A DNA stretch of 64,000 nt from an uncultured virus (IMG/VR IMGVR_UViG_3300035688_001178) (IMGVR_UViG_3300035688_001178); one strand, 5' to 3'; shown: positions 1-9,635, counted from the first letter of the stretch. Numbers and translations: made by a program. The notes: a model not told the origin generated them from the letters alone.

Positions 1-345
1 TTACTGTTCCAAGAGAAGGGCTTTCAACGAAAATCCATGACTGACGGCTGCCATTTGTCTAAGCGAAAACTCTGCTGGCGTGGAGTCTGCTTGCACCTTT
101 GCTTTACGTTCTCTTGGGTCACGGTAGGACATGAAGTACTCCAGTGGATGGTTGAGAACGTATTCCTCCTGGAGATCTTCCATCCGCGCTATTTCGAATG
201 TGTCCAGGCTGCCGCAGAGCATTTTTACCAGACTCCGAAGGTGCTGATGATTTTCCCAATAGTTCAAGGAACTATCTACTTCTTGGTAGTCTAAGCCGTA
301 TTTGCGACAGTATTTCTTTAGAAGGTACTTTTCTAGACCGTTCAA
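1..345 (-). CDS. hypothetical protein with two C-terminal FSL motifs
   Basis: ORF preceded by GGGGTG junction motif. Confidence 0.75.
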   Translation of the reverse strand: MNGLEKYLLKKYCRKYGLDYQEVDSSLNYWENHQHLRSLVKMLCGSLDTFEIARMEDLQEEYVLNHPLEYFMSYRDPRERKAKVQADSTPAEFSLRQMAAVSHGFSLKALLLEQ

Positions 346-374
346 GGTTCACCCCGAACAGAAAAAAGGGATAG

Positions 375-845
375 TCAGGTTTTCATCTGTGTAAGATTGA
401 ACCTGGCTACAGGTGTGATTTCGTTCTCCTGCATCAGTTTTTCGATGAAAGCGTTGATTTCTTCGCCTCTTACACGTTCTTTCTCTTTGCGATTCGCAGA
501 CTCAACATAGCCACAGCCTTCAACGTATTGGCCCTCAACGTGGACGATATACGAGATTTTGGTGCGGTGATTGCTGTTCTGGTATTCTTTCTCCTCGATG
601 TCGAATCCGAAGTACTCGGTGTCTTTCTTGGTCTTGGTCATTTTCATGTATCCGATGCGCGAAGCGTAGAAGGAAAATGTGTACTGCTCGGTTTCCACAC
701 GTTCAAATTCATTGCTGGACGTGGTTTGTATGCGAGCTCTGCCTTGGTTCAGGTTTGTAACGGCGTCTATTGCTACTTCATGCGCGAACTTCTGCATGAC
801 CTTTTCAAATTGGTCAAAGCTGTATAGACTTCTCACTGTTACCAT
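375..845 (-). CDS. hypothetical protein
   Basis: ORF bracketed by junction motifs. Confidence 0.8.
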   Translation of the reverse strand: MVTVRSLYSFDQFEKVMQKFAHEVAIDAVTNLNQGRARIQTTSSNEFERVETEQYTFSFYASRIGYMKMTKTKKDTEYFGFDIEEKEYQNSNHRTKISYIVHVEGQYVEGCGYVESANRKEKERVRGEEINAFIEKLMQENEITPVARFNLTQMKT

Positions 846-872
846 TGTTTCACCCCGATAGAAAAAGGAGCC

Positions 873-1439
873 CTAACGGGCTTTTCGGGCTTTCATGTAA
901 CTCTCGAGTGGATAGAGCTGTATCTCTATTGCCTCAACTATTCGTATTGCGTCTACGTGCCATGACGGAATGTCGTCAAGGACCCTGTGACCGAACTCAT
1001 TTTTCTTGAAGAATTTCTTTAGGTCTTCCAGTGTTGGATATTCAGCTATCCAGCCGTGAATGTTGTAGTGTGCTGCGGAACCGCATTCTTGGTGAAGAAA
1101 CTCGTAGAAGTACTTTGAGAGCACCGGGTCAGTTTCTGCAGGGAGATAAAGCACTCCTCCAACCAGCTCACGATGCGGTGTCTTGTCCTTGTAGAGCCTT
1201 TTGAGCTCCACAATTCTCCTGAGATTCATCAGAATTCGCTTTTTGCTCCACACAAAGTTTCCGTTGACTAGGATTGTCGCTCGAATGTCCTTTTCGTCTA
1301 TGAGGTCCTGCAGCACCATTCTGGCCACAGGCTCTTCCATTTCTTCCAAGTGAACATGCTCTATTTTTTGGAGTCCTTCCAGCATTTCCTCAGATTTACG
1401 TACTGCATTTTTTGGTCCAGATACTTCTATTTTAAGCAT
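873..1439 (-). CDS. hypothetical protein
   Basis: ATG at 1439 follows GGGGTG; ORF-track start 1451 lies inside the motif. Confidence 0.8.
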   Translation of the reverse strand: MLKIEVSGPKNAVRKSEEMLEGLQKIEHVHLEEMEEPVARMVLQDLIDEKDIRATILVNGNFVWSKKRILMNLRRIVELKRLYKDKTPHRELVGGVLYLPAETDPVLSKYFYEFLHQECGSAAHYNIHGWIAEYPTLEDLKKFFKKNEFGHRVLDDIPSWHVDAIRIVEAIEIQLYPLESYMKARKAR

Positions 1440-1469
1440 TTTACACCCCAACAGAAAAAAGGGAGGAAT

Positions 1470-2543
1470 TTAAGCGAGCTGCTCAAGTTCTGGTTTTGGT
1501 TCAGGCTTTTTCTTCACTAGCTGTGCCAAGGAGAAGGGTTTCTCAGCTTCGGTTGTTACAACTGCTTCGGCTGGTCTCTTGTTCTTCGCTAGCTCTGCAA
1601 GTGAGAACTTGAATGGTGGCTCTATCTTGAAGTAATATGGCGCCATGTCTGGAGGCTCCCACTGATTGCCGAGCCCCCACATTGGACTAGACACGTCGGC
1701 ACTGTATTTCATGTCAAGCCTCAAAGTGTCTGCGCAAATGATGAAGTACGGGTGGTTGCTGAACATGGCCATGTTCACTAGGCATGCTCTGTAAAGAGAC
1801 CGGTCAATTTCGACTCCGTACAGCAGTAGCGGAAGCTTAGGATACATGAGTGAGGCGGCAATTAGAAAACGACCGGAGCCAGTACATGGGTCTAAGTCTG
1901 TTATGGGCTTTTGTTCGTACTTGACTAGTAGCGGCGTCATGCCGATGACTGTGTGCCATCGAGCTCTTTCTGCTTGGAGGTTTATGTTGATTTCGGCCAG
2001 TTTATCGTTATAGCTCAGAGCTTCAGCTGTTTGCCAGAGGAGAGTGAGCTGGTCAGGTTTCTCGTAAGAGTATGGTTTCTTATTCTTCAAGTTTTCGCCA
2101 ATGGTGCATTCAAGCATGAAATCAATGATGGCTCGCGGCGTAAGGCATTGGCCCAGCCTATCATGGCGTCCAGCCAATAGGTCTTCTTCGAAGACTTCTC
2201 CCGGATAATCCCAAGGGGTTGCTTTGGCTGCCGCAATGTATGCTTCAATCAAGCCGACTGGAACCTGCTTTTTGAGCTCCTCGAGTCCTTGATACGAAGG
2301 TTTACTCACGTCGCCTTTCCACGCTACGTTCGGTACGCTGTATCGCCAAGGATTATCCATTAGTCCTAAATGGTCTGCTAAAAGCTCAAGTGTGATGTTC
2401 CAGCAATCCTTTCGGAAATGGTGAACCTTGTTCTCAACCGCTTCCATAAGGGCCCTGAACGCATCCTTTGGGTCTCCTGTTGCATACTTTTTCATTTTGA
2501 TTGTGTGCATCAGTTTCTCTAGTTTTTCGCTCGTAGAATTCAC
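1470..2543 (-). CDS. N-6 DNA methylase (HsdM-like SAM-binding part), catalytic NPPY/F motif not seen
   Basis: GQCLTPRAIIDFM, DPCTGSGRFL, LYGVEID, ACLVNM motifs. Confidence 0.8.
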   Translation of the reverse strand: MNSTSEKLEKLMHTIKMKKYATGDPKDAFRALMEAVENKVHHFRKDCWNITLELLADHLGLMDNPWRYSVPNVAWKGDVSKPSYQGLEELKKQVPVGLIEAYIAAAKATPWDYPGEVFEEDLLAGRHDRLGQCLTPRAIIDFMLECTIGENLKNKKPYSYEKPDQLTLLWQTAEALSYNDKLAEININLQAERARWHTVIGMTPLLVKYEQKPITDLDPCTGSGRFLIAASLMYPKLPLLLYGVEIDRSLYRACLVNMAMFSNHPYFIICADTLRLDMKYSADVSSPMWGLGNQWEPPDMAPYYFKIEPPFKFSLAELAKNKRPAEAVVTTEAEKPFSLAQLVKKKPEPKPELEQLA

Positions 2544-2563
2544 CCCGATAGAAAAAGGGAGGG

Positions 2564-2782
2564 TTATGGAAGGTCTAGGAATCGGTTCACTTGTTTGCCG
2601 GTGAAATCTTCACGTATCGCGTTTTCGCGGAAGACTTCTTCTTTGGATTTTCCGAACTGAGGAAAGCTGTTTTTCCATATCTGCTGCATCCTGTCAGCCC
2701 TCTTGACTCCGTGTACCATTCTGACAAATGCATCGTTTTCCGCCTGTTCGTCCCTGTATTTCTCTTCGTGTTTGCCTCGCAA
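2564..2782 (-). CDS. hypothetical protein
   Basis: Bracketed by junction motifs. Confidence 0.7.
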   Translation of the reverse strand: MRGKHEEKYRDEQAENDAFVRMVHGVKRADRMQQIWKNSFPQFGKSKEEVFRENAIREDFTGKQVNRFLDLP

Positions 2783-2812
2783 TTATTCACCCCGTGGTTA
2801 GAAAAAGAAGGG

Positions 2813-3430
2813 TTATTGGACGGGCATTGCCACATCGTACATGTCAAGCCGATTGTAAATCCTAAAGTATTCATCGAGCAGCTCATCCTGATTAGCGTTG
2901 AAGTCCCATGACCGAACCATACGAAGCAATCGTCGAAGGGGCCTTATCTGTTTCCCATAGATTTTGTATGCCCATTTCGCCCTGTCAAAAATGAACTGCA
3001 ACGTATTCTGTCCCGGCACGTCGGTGTTGCCATGTTCTCTGTAGTATTGAAGTTGCTCCCAGTAATTGCCAATATGATAGTCTCGTTCTTTCGGAGCGCT
3101 GCGATATCGCCTTTCCAAATATTGATTGTTTTCGAGGCAGCACCACCAGAACGAATGATTTCCCATGTAGCGTTCTACGTCAAGCTGGAGCCCCATTTGA
3201 TGGGCCCAACAGTGTGGCAGATGCTCAATGAATTTTACTTCTTCTCGCAGTCGAATTATTGTGCTCATCAAGTAATCTTGCGTGTTCGGCACCCACTCTC
3301 GCATTTTGAGGCGTTCCAAAAGTCTTTGAAGGTTCTTTGACGGTGGCCGTAGCTTCGGTTCTTGCGGTGGATGAAGTCGCTCATGGAGGACCCTCGGTCT
3401 CTGGGCTAATTCTAAAAGATGCTCTACCAT
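2813..3430 (-). CDS. hypothetical protein
   Basis: ATG (MVEHLL) after motif at 3442; longer ORF-track start overlaps next gene. Confidence 0.7.
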   Translation of the reverse strand: MVEHLLELAQRPRVLHERLHPPQEPKLRPPSKNLQRLLERLKMREWVPNTQDYLMSTIIRLREEVKFIEHLPHCWAHQMGLQLDVERYMGNHSFWWCCLENNQYLERRYRSAPKERDYHIGNYWEQLQYYREHGNTDVPGQNTLQFIFDRAKWAYKIYGKQIRPLRRLLRMVRSWDFNANQDELLDEYFRIYNRLDMYDVAMPVQ

Positions 3431-3474
3431 ACGATTATTTACACCCCGAACAGAAAAAAAGGGAGGGCTATGGG

Positions 3475-3813
3475 CTATATTTCTGAAACTACTCTGAACT
3501 GGTTCCCGCATGACTCGCATTCTACGGTATAGTTGGCGTCGGGTTCGACTGTCCGAGTCTCGCCGCAGTGTGGACATTTAACATCAACAATGTCATCGAG
3601 TGTCAAGGGAAGGTGTACGACTGGAATTTGACCAGTTTTGGTTGCAGCAATCTTGACTCTTTCTTCAAGCTGAGTTGTCGGTTCACATCCTAGGCTTTGG
3701 AAATGTTCTTCACAGAGGTATGCATGTGGTCCGAACTGTGTTTTGCTGTCATATTTTGCAGGTCTATCTCTTCCTGACTGTTTGCATACGTCACAGTTGG
3801 GAAGTTTCTCCAT
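3475..3813 (-). CDS. double zinc-finger/zinc-ribbon protein
   Basis: CDVC..CEEH and CPHC..CESC. Confidence 0.75.
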   Translation of the reverse strand: MEKLPNCDVCKQSGRDRPAKYDSKTQFGPHAYLCEEHFQSLGCEPTTQLEERVKIAATKTGQIPVVHLPLTLDDIVDVKCPHCGETRTVEPDANYTVECESCGNQFRVVSEI

Positions 3814-3869
3814 CTGTATTGTTCTCGTCTGGTTTCACCCCAAACAGAAAAAGAGGGAAGTTTTAGCGA

Positions 3870-3968
3870 TTAGAGGCCAACAAGGTCCCGAAAGAGTTCA
3901 TCCAGGTCTCGCCAATCAATCCCTAATAACCACAAAACACATCTAACGAAAGCCGTTTGAAACTTCAC
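3870..3968 (-). CDS. 32-aa microprotein (below ORF-track cut-off)
   Basis: GTG 5 nt after GGGGTG; fills the gap between two junction motifs. Confidence 0.5.
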   Translation of the reverse strand: MKFQTAFVRCVLWLLGIDWRDLDELFRDLVGL

Positions 3969-3997
3969 AGAGACACCCCAAGAGAAAAAAAGAGGAA

Positions 3998-4114
3998 CTA
4001 TTTAACCTTCGCTTTTATCATTTTGAAGTCGCTAAACTCAATGTTTAGCGGAAGTAGGACTCGGTACACAGTGGTTTCTCCAACGAGAAATTCAACTCGT
4101 ATAGATGCCTTCAT
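3998..4114 (-). CDS. 38-aa microprotein
   Basis: ATGA overlap with upstream ORF; ends at junction motif. Confidence 0.45.
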   Translation of the reverse strand: MKASIRVEFLVGETTVYRVLLPLNIEFSDFKMIKAKVK

Positions 4115-4287
4115 GGTGCTTCCTTCCTGCCCATTTCAATCGCCCTGGCACTTAAAGACGCTATCTGTCGGTCAAGCTCTTCCTCGGACATTGCTGCGAT
4201 ATCCCTGGACCACAGGCCTTCGTTGCTGTCATGGACGAGACGGTAGAGGTTCACGTAGTGCTCTCGCTTTCTTTCTATACTTTCCAA
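4111..4287 (-). CDS. 58-aa hypothetical protein
   Basis: TTG 5 nt after GGGGTG at 4293. Confidence 0.55.
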   Translation of the reverse strand: MESIERKREHYVNLYRLVHDSNEGLWSRDIAAMSEEELDRQIASLSARAIEMGRKEAP

Positions 4288-4311
4288 AATAACACCCCAA
4301 AAAAAGGGAAT

Positions 4312-4554
4312 TTATAGGTTTAATACTTTTGTTGTACTCGTTCCATACCAAGCGCTAAACTCAGCCTTGTCAGCCTCGTCCCACTCCGCCGCTTCCTTCT
4401 CGACTAATTCTTGCACCTTATCCATAAGCCCTGCAACACGTCTAATCCGCGCGACCTTATCCTGCGCTTCGGGTTCAGTCTCGTAACGTTGGTAGCGAAT
4501 TCCATCTGTCCACACTTCCCATTTGCCGTTTTTCTCTCTTACATCTACGTCCAT
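4312..4554 (-). CDS. hypothetical protein
   Basis: Bracketed by motifs. Confidence 0.7.
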   Translation of the reverse strand: MDVDVREKNGKWEVWTDGIRYQRYETEPEAQDKVARIRRVAGLMDKVQELVEKEAAEWDEADKAEFSAWYGTSTTKVLNL

Positions 4555-4568
4555 GTACTCACCCCATG

Positions 4569-4588
4569 CGTTTTAGCGGGCTAAAACG
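4569..4588. promoter_or_regulatory. palindromic site CGTTTTA-gcgggc-TAAAACG
   Basis: Perfect copy inserted inside a junction motif. Confidence 0.75.
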
Positions 4589-4604
4589 AAAGAAAAAGGA
4601 AGGG

Positions 4605-5141
4605 TTATGCAACGTGATCGTATTCGTGGAATCCTACTATGAACTCTACCCATTGAGCCACCGCGTCTAACGTGGCTACGGCAACCCATATTTTTGTTCC
4701 ACTATTCACTCGTGGATACTGAAGCATAACAGGAGTAGAATCAGCGTTTGTACGGTCTACTTTGAAAACGATGTCACTATAATCGCCTAGAACCACTGCC
4801 GCAGCGTAATTTGCAGCACCGCGTCTATTATTTGCTACTCGGATTCTCCATGTTTTGGCGTTGTTTTCCACGTTAATAATTTGTATTCTGTGAAAGTCAA
4901 AACTCAACATTCCTGCTTGAGCAGGAGTTTCTGTTCCATCAAACACTACAATTTCATTACCAAAGGTATTTGCTACCGCAGCACTTGTAGCTCTGAACGG
5001 CAATAAACTATTTGCTAATCCTGGACCAACTTGTCCCGGAGATGCGCCGTACCATCGCTCGTAACTATGAACGTGCAGGTCAAGAATATCAACTAAAAGA
5101 TTAGTCGTTCCCGTGTCCGATGACCCAGAAGTTTTTGGCAT
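4605..5141 (-). CDS. hypothetical beta-rich protein
   Basis: ORF with GGGTG SD; flanked by palindromic sites. Confidence 0.75.
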   Translation of the reverse strand: MPKTSGSSDTGTTNLLVDILDLHVHSYERWYGASPGQVGPGLANSLLPFRATSAAVANTFGNEIVVFDGTETPAQAGMLSFDFHRIQIINVENNAKTWRIRVANNRRGAANYAAAVVLGDYSDIVFKVDRTNADSTPVMLQYPRVNSGTKIWVAVATLDAVAQWVEFIVGFHEYDHVA

Positions 5142-5210
5142 TGGTTCACCCTAGGTCGAAAGAAAGTGTAGTTGTTTCACCCCAATAACACTATGCTACT
5201 TGCAGTTATA

Positions 5211-5230
5211 CGTTTTATCCGTGAAAAACG
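5211..5230. promoter_or_regulatory. palindromic site CGTTTTA-tccgtg-AAAAACG
   Basis: 1 mismatch; beside TATA-like gttata. Confidence 0.65.
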
Positions 5231-5249
5231 AACAGAAAAAGAGGGAGGG

Positions 5250-5573
5250 TTATTCTGCACTTATGTAACTGTATGCCCATTCGCGGAACAGTTGCTCATT
5301 TGTGTTGGAGAGGAGCCCTTTTCGGTTTAACGAGGCAGCCCAATCTTGAATGAAGACGTGCAAGGTTGTCTCGTCCTTCAATGATGCTTTCAATGCGTAC
5401 ATCGTAGCTTTCAACAGGTCTGTGAGAAAGTACACCAACTGGACGCTGGAAACCCTTCCAACCGAGTCAACTGTAGGCGTCGTAATAAGCTTCATCATAG
5501 CATCTAGAGCCGTGATTTCACTTGGCACACGCGATTCTTTTCTATTAGCTTTTGATTGTGGTGGACGGTACAT
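5250..5573 (-). CDS. hypothetical protein, MYRPP N-terminus
   Basis: ORF; N-terminus resembles ORFs at 13984 and 14211. Confidence 0.75.
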   Translation of the reverse strand: MYRPPQSKANRKESRVPSEITALDAMMKLITTPTVDSVGRVSSVQLVYFLTDLLKATMYALKASLKDETTLHVFIQDWAASLNRKGLLSNTNEQLFREWAYSYISAE

Positions 5574-5576
5574 AAA

Positions 5577-5945
5577 CTACACCCACTCCTCAGCTTTTTC
5601 TACGTAGTCTGCAGGCATGATATTGTACATGAACAAGGCGTAGATCCGTATTGCCCGGAGGTTAGTAGCGTCTGCGTTCAAAACGGCTTTCCTAAAATCG
5701 TTTTTGATGATGTGACCTCCGAAGCCTCCTAAGCCTGATGGCTGGTCATAGTACCAAAGAACAATGTTCCAGAGAATGCTTGTGATGTGTGTTATGTCTT
5801 CCTCGTTCAGAGGACCCTTCGCTGGGAAAGCAGCGGCGCCTGTTGCCATTGAAGCATTTGACCGCACGTAGTCTTCAACGAATTTCCTTGTGATGGTTTG
5901 CGGAATCTTCTGGCCGCTAATACTTTTACTTTTTGGTTGATACAT
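5577..5945 (-). CDS. hypothetical protein (MYQPK N-terminus)
   Basis: ATG after GGGGTG at 5950. Confidence 0.75.
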   Translation of the reverse strand: MYQPKSKSISGQKIPQTITRKFVEDYVRSNASMATGAAAFPAKGPLNEEDITHITSILWNIVLWYYDQPSGLGGFGGHIIKNDFRKAVLNADATNLRAIRIYALFMYNIMPADYVEKAEEWV

Positions 5946-6016
5946 CGGACACCCCAAAGAGACTATGTTCTCTGCAATTTATAAGCATAAACCGCCAGAA
6001 AAAAAGGGAATTAGGG

Positions 6017-6445
6017 TTAGTCTGTGGGTTCAGGCATGACCTTCATTTCGATTTTGCAGTCTGGGCAAGTAAACTTGCCTTTTTTCAATAGTTCTGGATC
6101 AGCTCTTTGACCAAACCGACAGCGAGGACATTCTATCCAAGGCCATTTTTCGACATCATGCACATCTACTAGGTTTCGAAGTAAAATATCAGAATGGCAG
6201 GGTTGGTCAAGTCTACACCAACAGGCCAAGTCCTTGCCTCTCAACGGGTCAAGAAAATGCGAGTCAGCGCATAGCATAGCATTCAACCAAGCTTCATACT
6301 TTTCTAAACAAGTACGAACATCGTTGAACTCACTCAATTTAAACGGGTTTCCCCATTTTGTGGGCCTGCCTACATAGACCGTATTTGGAGGCATACGCCA
6401 CCCTCTTGTCCTTTTGCGTTGAATTCGTTTATTCGTAGTTTTCAC
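6017..6445 (-). CDS. DUF4326-family protein with C-terminal Zn ribbon
   Basis: VYVGRPTKWGNPF, LRGKDLACWC, PCHSDIL; CPRC..CPDC. Confidence 0.85.
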   Translation of the reverse strand: MKTTNKRIQRKRTRGWRMPPNTVYVGRPTKWGNPFKLSEFNDVRTCLEKYEAWLNAMLCADSHFLDPLRGKDLACWCRLDQPCHSDILLRNLVDVHDVEKWPWIECPRCRFGQRADPELLKKGKFTCPDCKIEMKVMPEPTD

Positions 6446-6453
6446 CCCATTTG

Positions 6454-6473
6454 CGTTTTATCTGTCTAAAACG
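6454..6473. promoter_or_regulatory. palindromic site CGTTTTA-tctgtc-TAAAACG
   Basis: Perfect copy just upstream of DUF4326 gene. Confidence 0.75.
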
Positions 6474-6512
6474 AATGAGAATAGGCGCTGGGAGTGTCGC
6501 TCGTCATCGGCT

Positions 6513-6698
6513 TTAACCCCTTCGTTTCTCCTTTCGGAGTTTCTGGGCTTGGTCGCCTCTAATACGTTTCTCCCTTGGCCCAACGCTTTCGTTCATTTCG
6601 TTCAAAGAGTATTTTGATGGCTTCCCTCGTGGGTGTTCTCCCAAGGGAAGCCACGGGTTTTGGATTCTCGTCGTGGGTCTTCTTCTGCACTTTTCCAT
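6513..6698 (-). CDS. small basic hypothetical protein
   Basis: ORF in array; YSL motif. Confidence 0.5.
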   Translation of the reverse strand: MEKCRRRPTTRIQNPWLPLGEHPRGKPSKYSLNEMNESVGPREKRIRGDQAQKLRKEKRRG

Positions 6699-6758
6699 TT
6701 GCGAGACTCCAGATATAACTTTTGTGTTGGTACACCCCGATAGAAAAAGAAGGGATTG

Positions 6759-7733
6759 TTAAGTGGACGTAATATAGACAGGGAATCTCATTACTTTTGC
6801 ATCCGTTGTTTGGTAGTATTTGACTAGCACCTGCATCTTGACGTCGACGGCCTGATAGGGCTCGCCTATTTGCAAGGACTTCTTTTCTGTTACTGCATCG
6901 AAGAGAGTATCCTTCATTTTACGCAGTTCCCACTCGTTGAATCCGCTGCCAATGTTTCCGACGTATTTTCCTTCCCGCGCCAAAACTAGGCTTCCGAAGA
7001 ATGGGCTGCGAGCGCCTTCGCCTTGTGTGAAACCTACGATGTCGCAGTCTATGAATCTCCAGTTTTTCACTTTAAGCCAGCTGTAGCTTCGGTCATGCGT
7101 GTATGGACTGTCCAGTCTTTTTACTATGAGGCCCTCACGGTCCTTGACTACAGCTTCTTTCCATGCTTTAAGGAGGTCCGTCTCGAAGGGCACGTACTCT
7201 ATCGTGTCGCCATATTCCATTATGTCATCTTCGCCGGCTAGCATCTGTCGCAGCATCTCTTTTCTCTCAGAATATGGTATTTGTTCAAGAGTGGCGCCAT
7301 CTGCACTTAGAATGTCGAAGGCTTTCATTTTCACTGGAAATTGCTCGCGGAGCATCCAATCGGGAAAACGAGTGCTGCATCTTCTTTGGCATGGAGTAAA
7401 CTTTTCTTCGCCAGTTTGAGGGTCCATGTAGACAACCTCTGAGTCGATAGTCCAGCTTCCACGGTACTGCTGAAGGTTTTTCACGATTTCAGGCAGTCGA
7501 ATAGTGTAGGTTATGCCGTTTCGGTTCTGTAGTGTTACCGTGCCGTCTTTGATGGCAAGAACTCTTGTTCCGTCCCATTTACGTTCAGAAACGAAGCCTC
7601 GTATCTTGAGTTTCTTCAGCTCCTCGACTATTGCTTTTCTGTACGCTGCGGTGACTGCGACGCCATCCATGCCATACTCTTTCCATATTGATTCGTCCAC
7701 TTTGACTTCGTGGCAAAGCATTGGTTCAAGCAA
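6759..7733 (-). CDS. lig: ATP-dependent DNA ligase (minimal adenylation + OB domains)
   Basis: Motif I ERKWDGTR, IDSEVV, AFDIL, EGLIVK, WLKVK, GSGF, MRFP. Confidence 0.95.
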   Translation of the reverse strand: MLEPMLCHEVKVDESIWKEYGMDGVAVTAAYRKAIVEELKKLKIRGFVSERKWDGTRVLAIKDGTVTLQNRNGITYTIRLPEIVKNLQQYRGSWTIDSEVVYMDPQTGEEKFTPCQRRCSTRFPDWMLREQFPVKMKAFDILSADGATLEQIPYSERKEMLRQMLAGEDDIMEYGDTIEYVPFETDLLKAWKEAVVKDREGLIVKRLDSPYTHDRSYSWLKVKNWRFIDCDIVGFTQGEGARSPFFGSLVLAREGKYVGNIGSGFNEWELRKMKDTLFDAVTEKKSLQIGEPYQAVDVKMQVLVKYYQTTDAKVMRFPVYITST

Positions 7734-7765
7734 CTTTGCACCCCACAGAAAAAAGGAGGGAAAGT

Positions 7766-7990
7766 CTAGTCTACTATCTTCGGAAACTTATTCACGAACA
7801 AGTATATGCTGTCAGAGATTGAGCATCGATGTTTCTCAAGCAGCTCCTCAAACTTCGCTTTAGTGATAACATGGTCGTTCGGATCAATTTGATGGTCTAG
7901 TCTTTCAATATCGACTGCTGGAGTTGAATTCAGGAAGCACTCCTTCAAGCAAGCAACTATTCGGTCATAGACTTTCTTCTTTTCATCCAT
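7766..7990 (-). CDS. hypothetical protein
   Basis: Bracketed by motifs. Confidence 0.65.
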   Translation of the reverse strand: MDEKKKVYDRIVACLKECFLNSTPAVDIERLDHQIDPNDHVITKAKFEELLEKHRCSISDSIYLFVNKFPKIVD

Positions 7991-8032
7991 AAGAAACACC
8001 CCAAACAGAAAAAAGGGATTGTTGGAAGAAAC

Positions 8033-8812
8033 CTATTTGCGCTTTTTCATGGCAGGAACTATTAGTAGTTCTTGAATCGGCGGCAGTTTGCTCAGTGTAG
8101 GCACAGGTTTGATTGGAATCTTGGCGCTTGTCGGCACGTCTTCTGTGTGGTCGTATTTCTTCTTGGTATCGCTTAGACAGAGCAGCCAGCCCCATTTTCC
8201 TTCTCTCTGGAAGGGTACTACGAAACCGTAGTATTGTTTGAAGCCGTGTCCATTGCTGAACGTGGTTATGCCGATCTCGTCTCTTTTCTCGTGTCTCTCC
8301 CACTCTTCGAAGAGCTTCTGCATTCCAGCTTTTGTGGAAGCATAGAGTTCGTAGACGTAACTGATTTTCCATTCTTCCAGATTGGTTGCTGGAATCCAGT
8401 TTTGGTCTTCGACTTCTATAGTGTCCGAAGGTTCAAAAGGCGCTACTTCCTTCTTGCTGCCGTCCTCGTTTAACGCGATTGTGCCGTCCTCTGCCACTAC
8501 GAAGTAGTGCACGTCGTCTTCTTTCACTTCTCCAAACGCGGGGTCGAGCCACTTGTTCTCGTAATGCTCGAGGACCTCAACGGCTTCGCTGGTTGGAACA
8601 GGCTTCTTAGTCTCTGGATCCGTCAGTATCACGGTCGCCACGAGTTCTTTGCCCTTCCCTAGCCAAAGAAATTTCTTGTCAGTCACTACTCTAAGTTTTT
8701 GGACAGGCTGGTCATTAGCCATCGTTGCGAGGTCAGGTTCAGACGTCAGAATATCGTTCGCTACAGGTTTCTTCTTTATTTCAATTGCTATTGTGGATGT
8801 TTTAAAAAGCAT
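8033..8812 (-). CDS. Ku-like DNA end-binding protein (divergent)
   Basis: GEVKEDDV..PSDTIEV..WIPATNLEEWKISYVYELY..KLFEE..IGITTF..KQYYGFVVP follows the prokaryotic Ku core pattern; near ligase. Confidence 0.55.
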   Translation of the reverse strand: MLFKTSTIAIEIKKKPVANDILTSEPDLATMANDQPVQKLRVVTDKKFLWLGKGKELVATVILTDPETKKPVPTSEAVEVLEHYENKWLDPAFGEVKEDDVHYFVVAEDGTIALNEDGSKKEVAPFEPSDTIEVEDQNWIPATNLEEWKISYVYELYASTKAGMQKLFEEWERHEKRDEIGITTFSNGHGFKQYYGFVVPFQREGKWGWLLCLSDTKKKYDHTEDVPTSAKIPIKPVPTLSKLPPIQELLIVPAMKKRK

Positions 8813-8840
8813 TGAAACACCCCAAAGAGAAAAAAGGGAG

Positions 8841-9146
8841 TTATTTCTTTTTCCTTACAAGTTCCGTCAGTTTTTTGACGTACTCTGGATGCAGTTGCTT
8901 CCATGCTTCCAAGAATTCTTTGAACTTGAGCATAGGAACAATTACTACGACCTGTCCCAGCATGTTTTCAGTGACGACGCATGCTGGGTAGAGGCCTTCT
9001 GGAGACTCGTCTTTAAAGAAAACTCGCCGCAAATCCTCGTAGTATTCTCTGCTTTTTGCAGGGTTTATCCATGTATTAGTGACTCTACGACTGAATGCTC
9101 CTATAGTCAGCATTAACGTATTATCAATTTCATCCTCTTCGTTCAA
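8841..9146 (-). CDS. hypothetical protein
   Basis: Bracketed by motifs. Confidence 0.7.
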   Translation of the reverse strand: MNEEDEIDNTLMLTIGAFSRRVTNTWINPAKSREYYEDLRRVFFKDESPEGLYPACVVTENMLGQVVVIVPMLKFKEFLEAWKQLHPEYVKKLTELVRKKK

Positions 9147-9186
9147 GAAAACACCCCAGAATAGAAAAAGGAGGGAAAGGAGATAT

Positions 9187-9381
9187 TTAGAGTATTCTTA
9201 GCACGAACCAGATGACGCCTGCTGCAAGTGCGATTATGCCGAGCACTACGAAGCCGATGAAGAACAGCATGGTGAGTATTGGTCTGAGCAGTAGAAGGGA
9301 GACTGCGGATCCAGCTAGGCAGAGGACGGCCAGCGCGAGGAATAGAAAAGCTGCTGCTAAGAAGAGTCTTTTTCCGATCAT
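9187..9381 (-). CDS. small two-TM membrane protein
   Basis: Two hydrophobic stretches; bracketed by motifs. Confidence 0.7.
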   Translation of the reverse strand: MIGKRLFLAAAFLFLALAVLCLAGSAVSLLLLRPILTMLFFIGFVVLGIIALAAGVIWFVLRIL

Positions 9382-9404
9382 TCAACATCACCCCGACAGA
9401 AAAA

Positions 9405-9635
9405 CTAGGGACGTTTCCGCTTCTTTTTGCTACCTAAGAAGCGTGTGATTGTTTCGCTTTCGCTGAAGTGTGGACACTTGGGAATTCCAGAAAGGTCTAG
9501 AGCCCTCAATTTCGCACAGAGCTTTGTTGTTGTCTCAATCGTCGGTGTTGTAGTGTAGCTTACTTGTCGAACAAGACTAAGATACTTCTTCCGCGGGCAG
9601 CCAAGGCATAGCCGTGGCTCGCCTTCGCTAGCCAT
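9405..9635 (-). CDS. Cys-rich hypothetical protein
   Basis: CLGC..C..CPHF; ATG 7 nt after GGGGTG. Confidence 0.6.
   Translation of the reverse strand: MASEGEPRLCLGCPRKKYLSLVRQVSYTTTPTIETTTKLCAKLRALDLSGIPKCPHFSESETITRFLGSKKKRKRP

Noticed and set aside
5975..5994. Extra palindrome copies at 5975, 24177, 25128 and 55471
   Set aside because: Half-sites or multiple mismatches; not counted
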